Of a DNA stretch of 64,000 nt, positions 50,359 through 62,056 are shown in pieces. The DNA is taken from NCBI GenBank assembly GCA_965240325.2, contig OZ251240.1, forward strand, positions 868,001-932,000. The letters run 5' to 3'. The notes beneath the pieces were generated by a model that worked only from the letters and a program-made list of their open reading frames with translations, was not told the origin of the DNA and searched no databases. Each line of letters opens with the position of its first letter. The stretch's first letter is position 1. A program made the translations under genes and the position numbers. This DNA comes from Rebecca billardiae RCC1528. Its lineage: Eukaryota > Protista > Haptophyta.

Positions 50359-51813
50359 GCTGGGCGGCGGCGGTGGCGGCGACGAAGGCGGCGGCGGGCT
50401 CGGCGGCGGCAGCGGAGGCGGCGCCGGCGGCGGTGGCGGCGGCGGGCTTGGCGGGGGAGGCGAGGGTGGTGGGCTCGGCGGCGGGCTCGGTGGCGGCGGC
50501 GGCGGGCTCGGCGGCGGTTCAGGCGGCGGCGTTGGCGGCGGTGGAGGCGGCGGGCTTGGCGGTGGCGGCGAGGGCGGAGGGCTCGGAGGCGGCAGAGCCG
50601 GCGGCGGTGGCGATGGCGGCGGCGAGGGCGGCGGTGCCGGCGGCGGTGGCGGCGGCGGGCTCGGCGGCGGCGGCGAGGGCGGCGGCGAGGGCGGCGGCAC
50701 GGGCGGCGGCGGCGGCGGTGGGTAGGGAGGCGGCGGGCTCGGCGGCGGCGACGGCGGCGGCGCCGGCGGCGGAGGCGGCGGCGGGCTCGGCGGCGGAGAC
50801 GGCGGCGGCGCCGGCGGCGGTGGCGGCGGCGGGCTCGGCGGCGGCGGCGAGGGCGGCGGCGAGGGCGGCGGCACGGGCGGCGGCGGCGGCGGTGGGAAGG
50901 GAGGCGGCGGGCTCGGCGGCGGCGACGGCGGCGGCGCCGGCGGCGGAGGCGGCGGCGGGCTCGGCGGCGGCGGCGAGGGCGGCGGCGAGGGCGGCGGCAC
51001 GGGCGGTGGCGGCGGCGGTGGGAAGGGAGGCGGCGGGCTCGGCGGCGGCGACGGCGGCGGCGCCGGCGGCGGAGGCGGCGGCGGGCTCGGCGGCGGCGGC
51101 GAGGGCGGCGGCGAGGGCGGCGGCACGGGCGGTGGCGGCGGCGGTGGGAAGGGAGGCGGCGGGCTCGGCGGCGGCGACGGCGGCGGCGCCGGCGGCGGTG
51201 GCGGCGGCGGGCTCGGCGGCGGCGGAGAGGGCGGCGGCGAGGGCGGCGGCGCCGGCGGAGGTGGCGGCGGCGGGTTCGGCGGCGGCGGCGAGGGCGGGGG
51301 ATGAGGTGGCGGCACGGGCGGTGGCGGCGGTGGCGGCGAGGGCGGTGGCGGACTGGGCGGTGGGCTGGGTGCGCCAGCAAGGCCACGCCCGTGCAGCGCC
51401 TCGGCCGGCGTCTGCGCAACCGCCGCGAGGCCAGACCTGTCACGCGGCCACGCGGGCAAAGGCAAGCGCCGTTCGCGGGCGGCAGGCGAGAGTGGCGCGG
51501 GACCGCGCAGATGTGCGTGAGCGGAGCGTCGCGCGTGGGTGGAGGGCGCGTATGCCTACGCCACCACCTGCCGCACGTGTGACCTCTGCGCACGGATCCA
51601 GACGGCTCTGTGTCGCGCGAGCGCGAGCGGCCCGCACCTGAACCGTGCTTCCGACGCCGAGGCGCGGGCTGTGCTCGGGTGGGTCGGCGTGCCTGAAGCG
51701 GGGGTGACGGCGGCCTGTGCCGTCGATGAAAAGACGCAGCTCGGGGCGCTCAGCGCGGCGAGCAGCAGACAGCACCTGCGCGCGTTGCGCGCGGCCCGCC
51801 CCCGAGACACCAT
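38268..51813 (-). CDS. Giant polycystin-1-like receptor (~4,400 aa): signal peptide, SPPP stalk, 12 novel ~97-aa repeats, IPT/TIG domains, REJ, EGF-like, GPS, TMs, EF-hand
   Basis: Exon 1 (MVSRGRAARNARRCCLLLAALSAPSCVFSS) splices in frame via intron 51637..51437. GPS: CHFWD...WSTDGC...CACTHLTDFG. REJ-like INRPPYGGGLTVEP...WTDD...PLEYAF. Two short 3' introns lead to an EF-hand-like and a two-TM terminal exon. Confidence 0.88.
48860..51372 (-). repeat. Low-complexity coding repeat encoding about 830 aa of Ser-Pro(n)
   Basis: (GGC)n-rich on the + strand, with a higher-order 120-bp unit at about 50640-51240. Confidence 0.95.
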
Positions 51814-54545
51814 GGGTGGGGGGTGCCCTGCGCAACCGACCGTCGTGACTCTCGGCTGAGCCCTTGTCTCGGAGCCGCGGCTGGACAAGGGCCGTGGGCT
51901 GGAGGCGGTTGCCAGGGGGGTCTTCGGAGCCAGCGCCAAGGTTCCTCGTTACGTTCCCGACAGCTACAACGGTCCGGGGCCCTGGGCATATTGATGTTGT
52001 ACAGCTCATACTGGTATTACGGTTAGGATTCTACTCAGGTGCCCATACGGTGCAGTTTACTAAGAATAAGAGACGCACATACACAGGAGCCGCGCGCGAC
52101 ACGCAGAATGGCGCTCAGCCAGCGTGGCTCGACGACGCTGCCGGCACTCGCGCTCGCACACACGTGCGCGATGAGGATCAGCTCCGCGGGCCTCCGCCGA
52201 ACCCAGCGCCAGATGCCATCGTCGGCGTCGCAAGGTACTGCGCCGATCTGGCGGAGATCCAGCGGCACGTGGCGGCGATCAAGCAGCCGCAACTGCATCA
52301 GATGACGTGCACGAACGGCCTGATGGAGAAGCTTGTACCACACGCCTACCATAAGCCACCCGCTCGCCGACTTGCCCGACTACTTCTGGCGCTGGCTCGT
52401 CATCAACGGGCCGCGGCCTTCGAGCCGTCACCCGCGCCGCCCGCGGCGCGCGGCGTCGTGCGTGCCCGCCGGCGCGAGCTGCACGACAACACAACATGCG
52501 CACCGACGCGAGCCGATCGTACCACGTCGTGCCCGACGGGCCGTGCTCAGCGACGGCTGCAAGTCTACGCCGTGCAGGTTGTGCCCTGCGCCGCTCGCCC
52601 CCCGCGGCGCCTGAGACCGGCGGGGGCCCGTGGGCCGTGGGCCTCGTGCCCGAGCGGCCGTGCGCAGCGACGACTGCATCGACGCGCGCCTCTCCGTGCG
52701 CCTCGATGGGCCTTGTAGAACCGCGGTGGCGGTGCGGTGTCGCGCTGCCACGCCGGCGCGCCCCGGATGATATAGTTGATATTCGTTAGTCAGTCGCTCA
52801 ACGGCCAACTCTGTCCCATCGTCGTCGGGTCTGCCGGGCCCGCTGGGCCTGGCAAGCTTCTCCGTCGCATCCTAGATGCGCTGTGTTCGACCAGCCCCGC
52901 CGGGACAAGGCCGCCAGCAGTTTTTCATACCAGCCAGCGCCCAGCGCTCTGCGCGTGGTGAACTGTCCGCTCGCGCTGGGGGGCGACACGCGCGGTGCTC
53001 GGTTGGTGTGGCGCTGCGTCGGACCGGTCGCGTGCTTGGCAGATGGGCGCACCTTCACGTTTTTCAAGCACCGCGTCCCGCCCCAGGTCTGTGCACGCGC
53101 GTCTCTCTCGCCGCTCGCGCGGGGCTCGCTTTCACCAGCCGCTCGTGCATACGGCTTGAAAGCGAGCAGCTGGATCTCCAATCCGGCGGGCTTCGGCGAG
53201 CCCACCAGGCGCATGATGATGCGCGGCGGTCCAGTAGTATCTGAGAGAAGGTTGCATGCGGCAGTTTTCTTGTACAGGCTTGTACACACTCATACGCGTC
53301 CGCTCGGCTACCAGTGCGCACTACCTGTCACTGCTGTGCGCTCGCGCTCCAACATCTCGGCTGGTGAGGAAGCGGCATGCCGGTGTCGCGACGAGCCGCG
53401 CGCACGGATGACGGAAGTACGGAACAGCGGAACTACTCGTCTGCTCCTAGAAGCCGCGCGCGCCTGGCTGGAAGTGGCTAGTGAGCAACATGGAGCCGAA
53501 TGCAATCATGAGGGCACTCTACGCTCTCGGCTGGCGCTACGGTGGCGCCGCCTTGTCAGTGCGAGCCCGACATGAACGCCGCCACGCTAGGCGAGACGCC
53601 CGCTGAGACTCGGCACAACAATGAAGCGCGCCCCGATGGCCGATGCAGGCGGAGCGCTCACCAGCACGATCAAAGCCAGCCCCGCCCGCATGCTCAGGCA
53701 TGGCCACCGGGCACGCGTTCTGGACCGCCTCGGGCCCCTGGGATTCGCCACGGCCGCTCTGCGAGCATGGGGCGTCCCCCATGCGCAGCTGCGGTCGTCG
53801 GGCAGGCGGGGTGGCTACTAGCGGGCCAGGTACGATACCAGCCGAAACTGATATGACGAGATCCCTTCCGTTCGGGACCTTTTACCGAACCGATACCGGA
53901 CGACCGTTCGGTATCTTATGGAGCGCTCGTTGGAAGTTGGAACTTGAGCCCGGTTTGGCGCCCACGCGGCGAGGGCGACGACGGACGTACACGGGGCCCA
54001 CCGCGGCGGGAAGCGCGCGGGCGCGCCCGAGAACGGCACGGTCCGGACGCCTCTCGCCAGCCGCGGACGCGCACCGCGCCTCCTCCTCGCACGCTGCTAA
54101 CTTGATCCGGTGCCGAGCGGTGGTTTTGCGGTTTGCTGCCGACCTAAGCTCAAGTTCCACGGCTGGTCCAGGTTCGGCTTGCGACCTCCCCACTAGTGCT
54201 TGCAAGAAGGTACACGAGTTGGTCGAACTCCCGCGCGCCCGCTCTGCGCTTGTCGACGCCCTCTGAAGGTGACTCGGGTGGCATGCGGGGCGGAGTGGAA
54301 TGCAGGGCGTCCGGGCCGACTTGATTCGCTCAGTCGTCCAGCGCGCAGGCCACGTAGCGCGGATGTGGTGCGCGCATGGCCCGGTGATGCGGTCGCGACA
54401 TGTCTGCCTGGTCTGCCCAAGCAAGGCCCGTCGCACCGCGAAGCGAGCGCTCAGGAGCGTGTGCCGAGCGTGCCAGCCCCGCCGATCGAGATGGGGCACT
54501 TCGCTGGGTAAAATGCGGGCTCAAGTTCCAACGAGCGCTATTGTA

Positions 54546-55694
54546 CAGGCTGGTCTCACCAAGAACTTCCCGAGCGCTGCCGACGTGTCCGCGCTCGCGG
54601 CGGGCGAGCACGGGGAATCGGCTGAGTACGATCGCTCGCATCGTGGGTCTAGTCCCCGACAAAATTGTCCGCGGAGCCGCGCGCGTCGCTCACCTCGTGC
54701 CCGGCGCTCCGCCGCGGAGGCGCCGTCACAGTGGTTTTCACAGTGGGCCGAGCAGTCTGAAGTGGCGCTGAACTGAGGTTTCGTCGGGGTTTCCGCAGTC
54801 CGGCGGGCTTCTGCCGCTTCGGACGCCCAGGCGGCATCCATCACCACGAGGTCGGCCACGCGCGGACCTGGCCCGCGCGGAGGCGGAGCATGGCGCACTG
54901 CTTGATGACTGCGCCCGCGCGAGCCGTTCCATGATCGCTGTGGTTACTGCCAAAGCCCCTGCCTCTGTTGGTGGGACCTCGCCAGATGCACTTGTCACTT
55001 GCGCGCCGCTCGAACGGCTCCGAACGAACACGACGAGCACATTGCACTTCGTCGCAGTTGGCTCACTCGCAGCAGGTATTCGAATCTGTCGCAGTGGAAG
55101 CGGGGGGTGCGAGAGCCTACGTACGTCTGTCAAGGGCAGCCGCACGCTTCAACATTGCGAAGGAGTTCCGCCCTGAACAGTGCGGCGGCAAGGCGGGTTG
55201 AGTGTGCTCCAAGCAACATCGTCAGGCACTGATACAGGTGGGGAGGCGCAGGAAGGACGTTGCAACGAGCGCGATGAGGCCCACATACATCGACAGCATG
55301 GGAGAGACGCGCTGTGGGACATGAAGACACCTGTCACTCATGCCAGGTCCCACGTTGACCCGCAACGCTCGGCGGCTTCTGCGGGCGAGAACAACGACGC
55401 AATGTTTCAGTGCTACAGCGAGGGTGGGGATGAGGAGAGGGGCTTGGGGTACGGGCAACCGTGTGAACAACACCACTAGGGGTCGCACGGACCGAGATCG
55501 CGCGCCGTTCATTTTTTGCAGGGGGGTGGGGGTTTGAATCTCGACAACGGCGGGGCGGACAGAGGCGTGCGACCCCTCGTCGGAGAGCTCTCGATGCGGC
55601 CGATTTAATGGCGCCATCGAGAATTTTCCGCAGACGCAGTGGGACTGAAAAAAAAAATCCAAAGCCTCGGGAAGTTCTTGGTGAGACCAGCCTG
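54546..55694. mobile_element. Tc1/mariner-type non-autonomous element (1,149 bp)
   Basis: Perfect 29-bp TIRs CAGGCTGGTCTCACCAAGAACTTCCCGAG (54546-54574 and 55666-55694), each flanked by TA; no intact transposase ORF. Confidence 0.92.
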
Positions 55695-55834
55695 TACCCC
55701 CATAGATACGCCCTTGATCATAGCTTACCGAACGGTCCTCACTATGATACCAGAGGGCGCCAACTCCGCCAAGCTGCAATCAAGCGCCATGCGCTGCATC
55801 GCACACACACTGCCGTGCGGGGGCGATCCTCTGC

Positions 55835-56650
55835 GTGGTCTTCTCGCCACCCGCGCGAGGAGCCCAGCGCTCCGAGCTGGACGTCAGGCTGGCCGGTCAC
55901 CCTAGCGCCGGCGGCACGCGCGGTACCGGCCACCCGGGGCTGGCCTCGACGACGGCGCGCACGTTGTGCACGCGTGCTTGGGACACATGCAGCGTCGTGT
56001 CCACGTCTGGACTGCTGCTGCTCGCGCATGCGGGGGAGCTGATCGACTCAGCAGACGCTGTGGTTCGGCTTGGGATCGGACCCACGCGCGGGTACGAGCA
56101 GCACGTGGGCGCACGCACTGATTTGCGCTACCTCGCAAACACGTTTGCGCAAGTCGGCCGAAACGTCTCACTCGAGCTGGTGCACGCAGCCCTCGGCGAA
56201 GCGCCCGGCGCGACGATCTTGTGGCACACGAACAGCGGAAATTACTACCCGGCCACGATGCGTGCGCTGCGCGAGTGCCATCCGCGCACGACCATCTGCC
56301 CTGTCCGGGCGGACGTGCGACGCGGCGCGAGCTCGTGCCTGCAGAACTCGACCAGCCCGAGCTCTGGCTTCAGGCTTCAGCGCGCTGTATGCGCTCATGG
56401 CCACGGGCATATGCAGGCGCGCGCGTCTCTTCGGGTTCATCGACCCCCCTGACACCGACGGCGTGAAGTACCACCACTTCCGCTCGGGCCTGGGCGAGGT
56501 GGATGGCTCGCTGCGCAGGCGGTACGCTGCGCACGACAAAACCCGAGCGGCTGGCCGGAACGCGCACTCGATGTCGGCCGAGCACCGATGGCTTCACACA
56601 GTGGGCACGGCTGTCGCTGATGGCGCCTTGGCTGTGCCTAGAGGCCCGCG
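55835..56650 (+). pseudogene. Frameshifted GT29 sialyltransferase-like gene
   Basis: Sialylmotif L (CSVVSTSG..GELIDSADAVVRL..PTRGYEQHVGART), S (PSSGF/SALYALMATGICRRARLFGF), III (YHHF) and VS (HSMSAE). A GGCTTCA duplication at 56366-56379 shifts the frame; no in-frame ATG. Confidence 0.85.
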
Positions 56651-57058
56651 CGCTGGGCGCACCCGCCGCGCGCTGGTGATCGGTGCCGGTCGCGCGCGCA
56701 CGCCGCCAGCGCGTGCTATGCCGACCTACCTCGAGTTGACCGCAGACACCATGCGTGCACACAGTGACACTGCTGGCACTGGCGGCGTGCGAAGGTGGTG
56801 CAAAAGCTGCTCCAGTACGGCAACGCGAGCGTGCCCCTCGACGGCTCGGCATGCCAGCGCGCGTACCCCTTGTGCTGAGAGCATCGGGACGGAGCAAATC
56901 TATATATATATAGTTGCTTTTAAAAAGTTTAGCTAAATGTGAGTAAATGTCGGCGCGTCGTCTCTTAGTCTTATTTAAATTATAAATAATATATAATGAT
57001 AATAAGCAGTGTGCTTATTACTTATTATTATTGCGCCTTATAAATGAGTTATTAATTA

Positions 57059-58830
57059 TGGCCCGCGGTGCAGGGCGGAGCGCGCAGCGTGGAGCCCGCA
57101 CCAGCGGGCCCGAACCACGTTTCAAAAAGATCTTTGATCAAGAAAAAGGGACGCGGGGGCCGATTTTTAGGGCTGGCGGAGACCGAGTTTCGAATTTTGA
57201 GACCCTCTCTACAGATGCATCACGGAGAAAAAAACCGCGCCCACGTCATTCCCCTAATCAATCGTGGACGGCCGGGCGTGAGAGTTCACTTGAGTGTGAA
57301 GTAGGACGGTTACAAGTCCAATACAAGCGTCAGCTTCTTTGAGGCTATTTTTGCACGTCCTTACGGGATCAGCGAAGTAACCAACCGATATATATTGGCT
57401 TCGTCGGGGTCGTATTCACTACTGATTCATATATGCTGTATGGTTCACGCAGGCATAAAATCGCTTCGTCGGGGTCGTATATTCCACTACTGGAGAACAT
57501 CATTTGCACCGCTTCGTTTTCATACATTATTATAATATATATGGTTCATGGACTGCTACGTGGTCGAGCAGAATATCATCGATATTCATCAGGCGCACAT
57601 GTGCGTATTCATCATCAGCCTTCGGGAATTGGGAGTAGCTATTGGCCTTTTGCCCTCTGGCGAGCCAGTTGTGCGCACTTGAAGTTGAGCAGGCCTTGAG
57701 CAGGCTCGAGGCCACTTTTCTGCGCTCACGTGGACATGATGCCGAGCACGTCAGCTGGCGACGCCGACGAGGACCGCGCTCGCCGCGTATTGAACGTGCT
57801 GCTCGAATCCGGGGCAGTGAAGAAGGTGGCTAAGAGCACGCTCCAGAGCATCGCTGCTGCCATCTCAGTCGTGAGGCACGAGCAGGACGTGCCCTCTGCG
57901 GCGGTGAAGTACAACGTGCCCAAATGGTCGATCTACAACTTCGTTCGCAAGGTCCGCACCGTGCTGGAGGACGAGGGCGCAATCGGCAGGGGGAGCGCGA
58001 CGCGACTGATCACCGACTTCACCACGCGCCCCGCAGGCCAGCGGCTCCCTCCCTCCTCCTCACCCGGCCCAACAGCTGGCAGCCGCTTTGCGGCACTCAC
58101 TCTCGGCCCGCGCCGGCGAGTCTGTCTGCAGCGCTGGACGGGCGGACCTAGGAGGACGAGCTGCGGCGCGGGCGACGGTGGTGCGCGACGTCCCCAGAGC
58201 TGGCCGTGCCTCTGCGACGCGTGCCGAGCCCGACCGAGGTGCCGTCACCCCGTGACCCCGTGCAGTGCACGCGCGGCGCGCGAAATAACGATCACCGGCA
58301 GCCCTCGCACCTCGGCACACACAGTGCTCCCTCTGGCTGTCAGCTCCGCGTAGATAGAGTTGCGCTCATGCGTCGATCACGCCTCGCGCCCGCCTGTCGG
58401 CCGTCGCGCAGGCGCTGGTCGAACCCTACTCGGACCAGTGCAAATCATCTACTGACTACTCCTGGCGCTGCTGCGCGGCGCGCGGTGACGACAGACAGCG
58501 CGGTCAGCAGCAGCGGCCCGAACGAATCCGCGGCCCCGCACAGTGTTCCCTGGCTGTCAGCTCCACGTGGCCTGGCGTGCACGTGGAGTCGCGCTCATTC
58601 GTCGATCACGCCTCGTCGCATCCGCCTGTACACAATCCGGGTGCCGCGCCGGCGGCTGCGATGGGCCTGCGCCCGCGGCGCCGGCGCCGGGGCGCAGCGG
58701 CGCGCCGCTGGAGTCTAGTTGTACGGGCATGCAACTGGTCTGTCAATAGACGACTGCGACGGAGGGTGCACCGCCACCGCGGGCCCCGAACTACGTTCGT
58801 TCTACGGAAAAGGACCGCGGAACGCGGTCA
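57059..58830 (+). mobile_element. Non-autonomous DNA element, copy B (Helentron/HINE-like ends, TTA-flanked)
   Basis: GGCCCGCGGTG at 57060-57070, its inverse at 58775-58785, and terminal stem-loop GACCGCG-GAA-CGCGGTC at 58813-58829; about 200 bp and 65 bp of end homology to copy A. Confidence 0.8.
57736..58353 (+). CDS. Psq/CENP-B-type helix-turn-helix ORF inside element B (probably truncated)
   Basis: IAAAISVVRHEQDVPSAAVKYNVPKWSIYNFVRK fits the HTH_psq pattern; only the first ~100 aa look protein-like. Confidence 0.55.
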   Translation: MMPSTSAGDADEDRARRVLNVLLESGAVKKVAKSTLQSIAAAISVVRHEQDVPSAAVKYNVPKWSIYNFVRKVRTVLEDEGAIGRGSATRLITDFTTRPAGQRLPPSSSPGPTAGSRFAALTLGPRRRVCLQRWTGGPRRTSCGAGDGGARRPQSWPCLCDACRARPRCRHPVTPCSARAAREITITGSPRTSAHTVLPLAVSSA

Positions 58831-59463
58831 TTAGTAACCGTCTTTGAAGCAGCAAACGCACTAGACTCTACTCCTACTACAGTTTACTAAGAATACTATT
58901 TTATACAATTATAAGCTGACCGGCACGTACAGCTCAGGCAGGCGACAGTTACCCGTACATCGTACTAAATTCTAGGTACTCATTCTATGATTTAACGACA
59001 CAGGTAGGACGGCGCAGGTCTCCCGATTCGTCGTCGGCAGTGCCCGATCGTCGACACGTCGGAAGTCGGCGCCATGCCCGCATGCCGCATGCGGTGGCAG
59101 TACTGGCAGTCGGCAGAGCATACGGCCTGAACCACGATCCGACTGAATGCAGAATGGCTTGAGCGCGGCCTTCAGCTGCTGGAGCGCGCTCCACCTGCGC
59201 TGCGCGGCTCGCATGGACCTGCTGTGCCCCGAGCGAGGGCGAGGGTGCAGGTCCGGATGTCAGACGGCTCTCAGCCGCTGGGCCCTGGCGGGCGGTGTGA
59301 CTCACTGTGACGGTAGTCCCGGCAGTTAGATCCGGCGGTGACGATGTCGGTCGTCCCCGACTCATCTTAATAGCAGCAGTCTGTTTTGAAAAGACAGTTT
59401 TGGCGCGGCGCATTTTGGGCATTTTAGTAGTATGCTGGCGGCGCTACGCATTATTCATTAATA

Positions 59464-59839
59464 TAACGACGTGGCAGCATCGGACAAGCGTCAGGCTCAG
59501 AGTGCAACAGACACATAGAATGCGTCCGCGCCTAGTCACTACGGGCTAGTCCGTCCAGGTCAGACAGTGCGCCACCCGCAGCCCTGCCCCCCTACGGGAG
59601 CGGGGCCGGGATGGAGCACCGCCTCGGCCTGGGGCTGGGGCACGCGGCGGCGACGGCAGATGCCGCCGCGGCCGAGCGCCTTCCGGAGCACTTGGATGAG
59701 GGTGAGGTCGCCGGCCAAGCGGCGCGCAGCTGCAGAAGAGGGGCTCGGAGAGTGAGCGCGCCGCCTAGCGCGCTCAGGGCGATGAAGCAGATGAGGTTGT
59801 AGTCGATGTCGCAGCCCGGCCCGCCGGCGGGCTGCTGCA
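59464..59839. mobile_element. Second, internally deleted copy of the 0.48-kb element
   Basis: Near identity to 33482..33964 with a deletion of about 125 bp and two small insertions. Confidence 0.85.
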
Positions 59840-59959
59840 GATGCAGTGCAAATACTGTATTAAACTGTGCCCTGGCGGGCGGGGGGGTCGGCGGGCCGTG
59901 CCAGTGCTGTCGCAATGTATCCTCTGCGGGTTCGCGTCTTTCCACATTCACTCGTGGCC

Positions 59960-60600
59960 GCGGGTGACGGACAGTCGAGTGCAAGGACCAGTGACACGTG
60001 AAGTTGGCTCCCCGACGTGATGTACACACGTCTAACGGTCTGTACTCTTCGAGTATTGTATGCGCATCAGCGAGGCCCACACCCACGAGGGAATGTGCAG
60101 CACGCGGGGCGGGGCGGGTAGCCCGTTGCTCCGCGCGAGCGCGGGTACGCGCTGTATGTGCCGCATCTCGACCGCGATGGCGAAATCGAGCGCCTCGCCG
60201 CCGACGAAGCCGCCAGAGTAGATCATGTGCATACTGCATGTCCTCCTGCCGCCAGCCGAGAGCGGTCGTCGCGAGGATGCTTGTCGATGTCGGCTCCAGG
60301 CATGATGGGCTCGGCGCAGGTCGCGTTGACGTCGTACACGGCCACCACGCTGAGCACGAGCGCGTTGACGTCACGCGGTCGTCGCTCTTCGCATCTTCGA
60401 CAGGTCTGGCGCTCGCGTGCTCGGCGGCACGAGGAGCTGTTGGTTGTGCGCGCGCGCGCGCACAGCGACAGCGTGTGCACTCGCGATCGAGAGTGGGCAA
60501 GCGCTGCTCACGCGAGCACACGAATCGCAGCGCATCCGTCACCGGCGTGACGACTTCCGCCTCGTCCCGCAGCGCCTGCGCCATGGACGAGGCCATGGCG
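59960..60600 (-). pseudogene. Degraded coding remnant, family not recognised
   Basis: Protein-like pieces in shifting frames (MAQALRDEAEVVTPVTDALRFVC; DVNALVLSVVAVYDVN; YSGGFVGGEALDFAIAVEMRHIQ). Confidence 0.35.
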
Positions 60601-61447
60601 CGGCGATGTTGCATGCTCGACGATTCATCTCTCTGCGGATGGCATCACGGGCTTGTCTGTGTCGCGCTGCGGCGAGGGTCGCCAACTCGCTATGACGCGG
60701 TTGCTGCCACGGCGACAGACCCGGGAGGTGCGTCCGCTGCGCGTCGTACGCCGTTGGCGCAGCGCTTCCGTCGCATTGGTCACCGTCGACGCCATGCAGG
60801 CCGGACGTGGGCTTCGGCTGAGGGACCGGACCGCCAGCAATGACTGAGTCCGGTGCGCGGATTCCGGCGATCGAGTTCAGAAGGCCGCGCCAAATCTTGC
60901 GTCGCGTGCGATGGCGCTTCCCGCCCGCGAGACGCCTCGTGATGAGGGCTTTCTCGCACCGAGCCCGACGCGCGACGGTGGATCGCGCGAGGCGGTCATC
61001 GTGCGCAGCGCTTGATACTATGGCCGGTGCGAGCTTTCAACGTGCACGTCGGGCGAGGATCGCCCCAGGTCTCACGATCGTGTCGACGCGCCGAGCGTAC
61101 CGCTCCAAACGCGTCGATTTAGCCCCCGTTCGACCTGCACGCGAGACGACGAGGGCAGCAATCGCGAATCGGGCGAAAACCCGTCTAGGGAATCCTCGCG
61201 CGATGTCCGCGCCGGCGTTGGATTTGGCGCGCGCGGCCCACGCGCTCCGCGCCATGCGGAAGATGGTTTTCGGCCGAGCGTCCCCAGTGGGAGCTGCGAG
61301 GGCGCCCGGTAGTGAGCGAAGCGATTTTCTTTTCTCTTCGAGGCGATTTTCTTTTTTCTTTTTCTTTTTCTTATCTTTTTCCCGGGCACTACAAGGGGCG
61401 GACCTACGGCCCGCCATAGCACGCGGTGTGCTTCAAATTTTGGGGCG

Positions 61448-62014
61448 ATGGCGGGCGCGAGCTCTCCAGGGCCGCGCCGACCTGGGAGTGCCGGGCGGCA
61501 TCGGCCGGGCGTTCGCCCTGCGGCGGCGGCTGACGCCTCCGGCGAGGCAGCTGCAGCCACGCGCGCACCCCCTGGCACGCGCGCCTCCGTCGCCATCCGC
61601 GTGCTGCCCGTGCCGGACGGCGCGGCCAGCAGCTCAGCCGATCTGCAGTTTGACACGGCGACACGGCGCGTGTGGATCGACCGCAACGGGGGCGGCGATG
61701 GCGGCGGCGAGAGTGCCAAGGCCGTGCTGTTCTCCAGCACCTTTGACTGCGTCGACGCCGGGCCGACCATCGACCACGCCTACTCGGCATCCGTCCTGCC
61801 CACCGTTGAGCACGCGATGCGAGGCGGCGCTGGCGCCAACGGGATCGTCTTCGCGTTCGGCGTGGCGGAGGGTGCGCGCCGCGCCGTGCGCGCACGCGCC
61901 GCCGTGCGCTCGCCTCACCCCCACGAGCGCCCATGCCCGCGCCCGCCCCGCGGCGCGCTCGGACCGACGACTCGCAGCGGCGTGCGCAGAGACGCTATTT
62001 GGTGCGGTCGCGGA

Positions 62015-62056
<42 letters not shown>

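Noticed and set aside
48662-51641. Gly-rich and Ala-rich plus-strand ORFs
   Set aside because: Reverse complement of the Ser-Pro stalk.
37460-57260. 200-bp inverted repeat as TIRs of one 20-kb transposon
   Set aside because: The termini face the intervening DNA and each pairs with its own far end; these are two separate elements.
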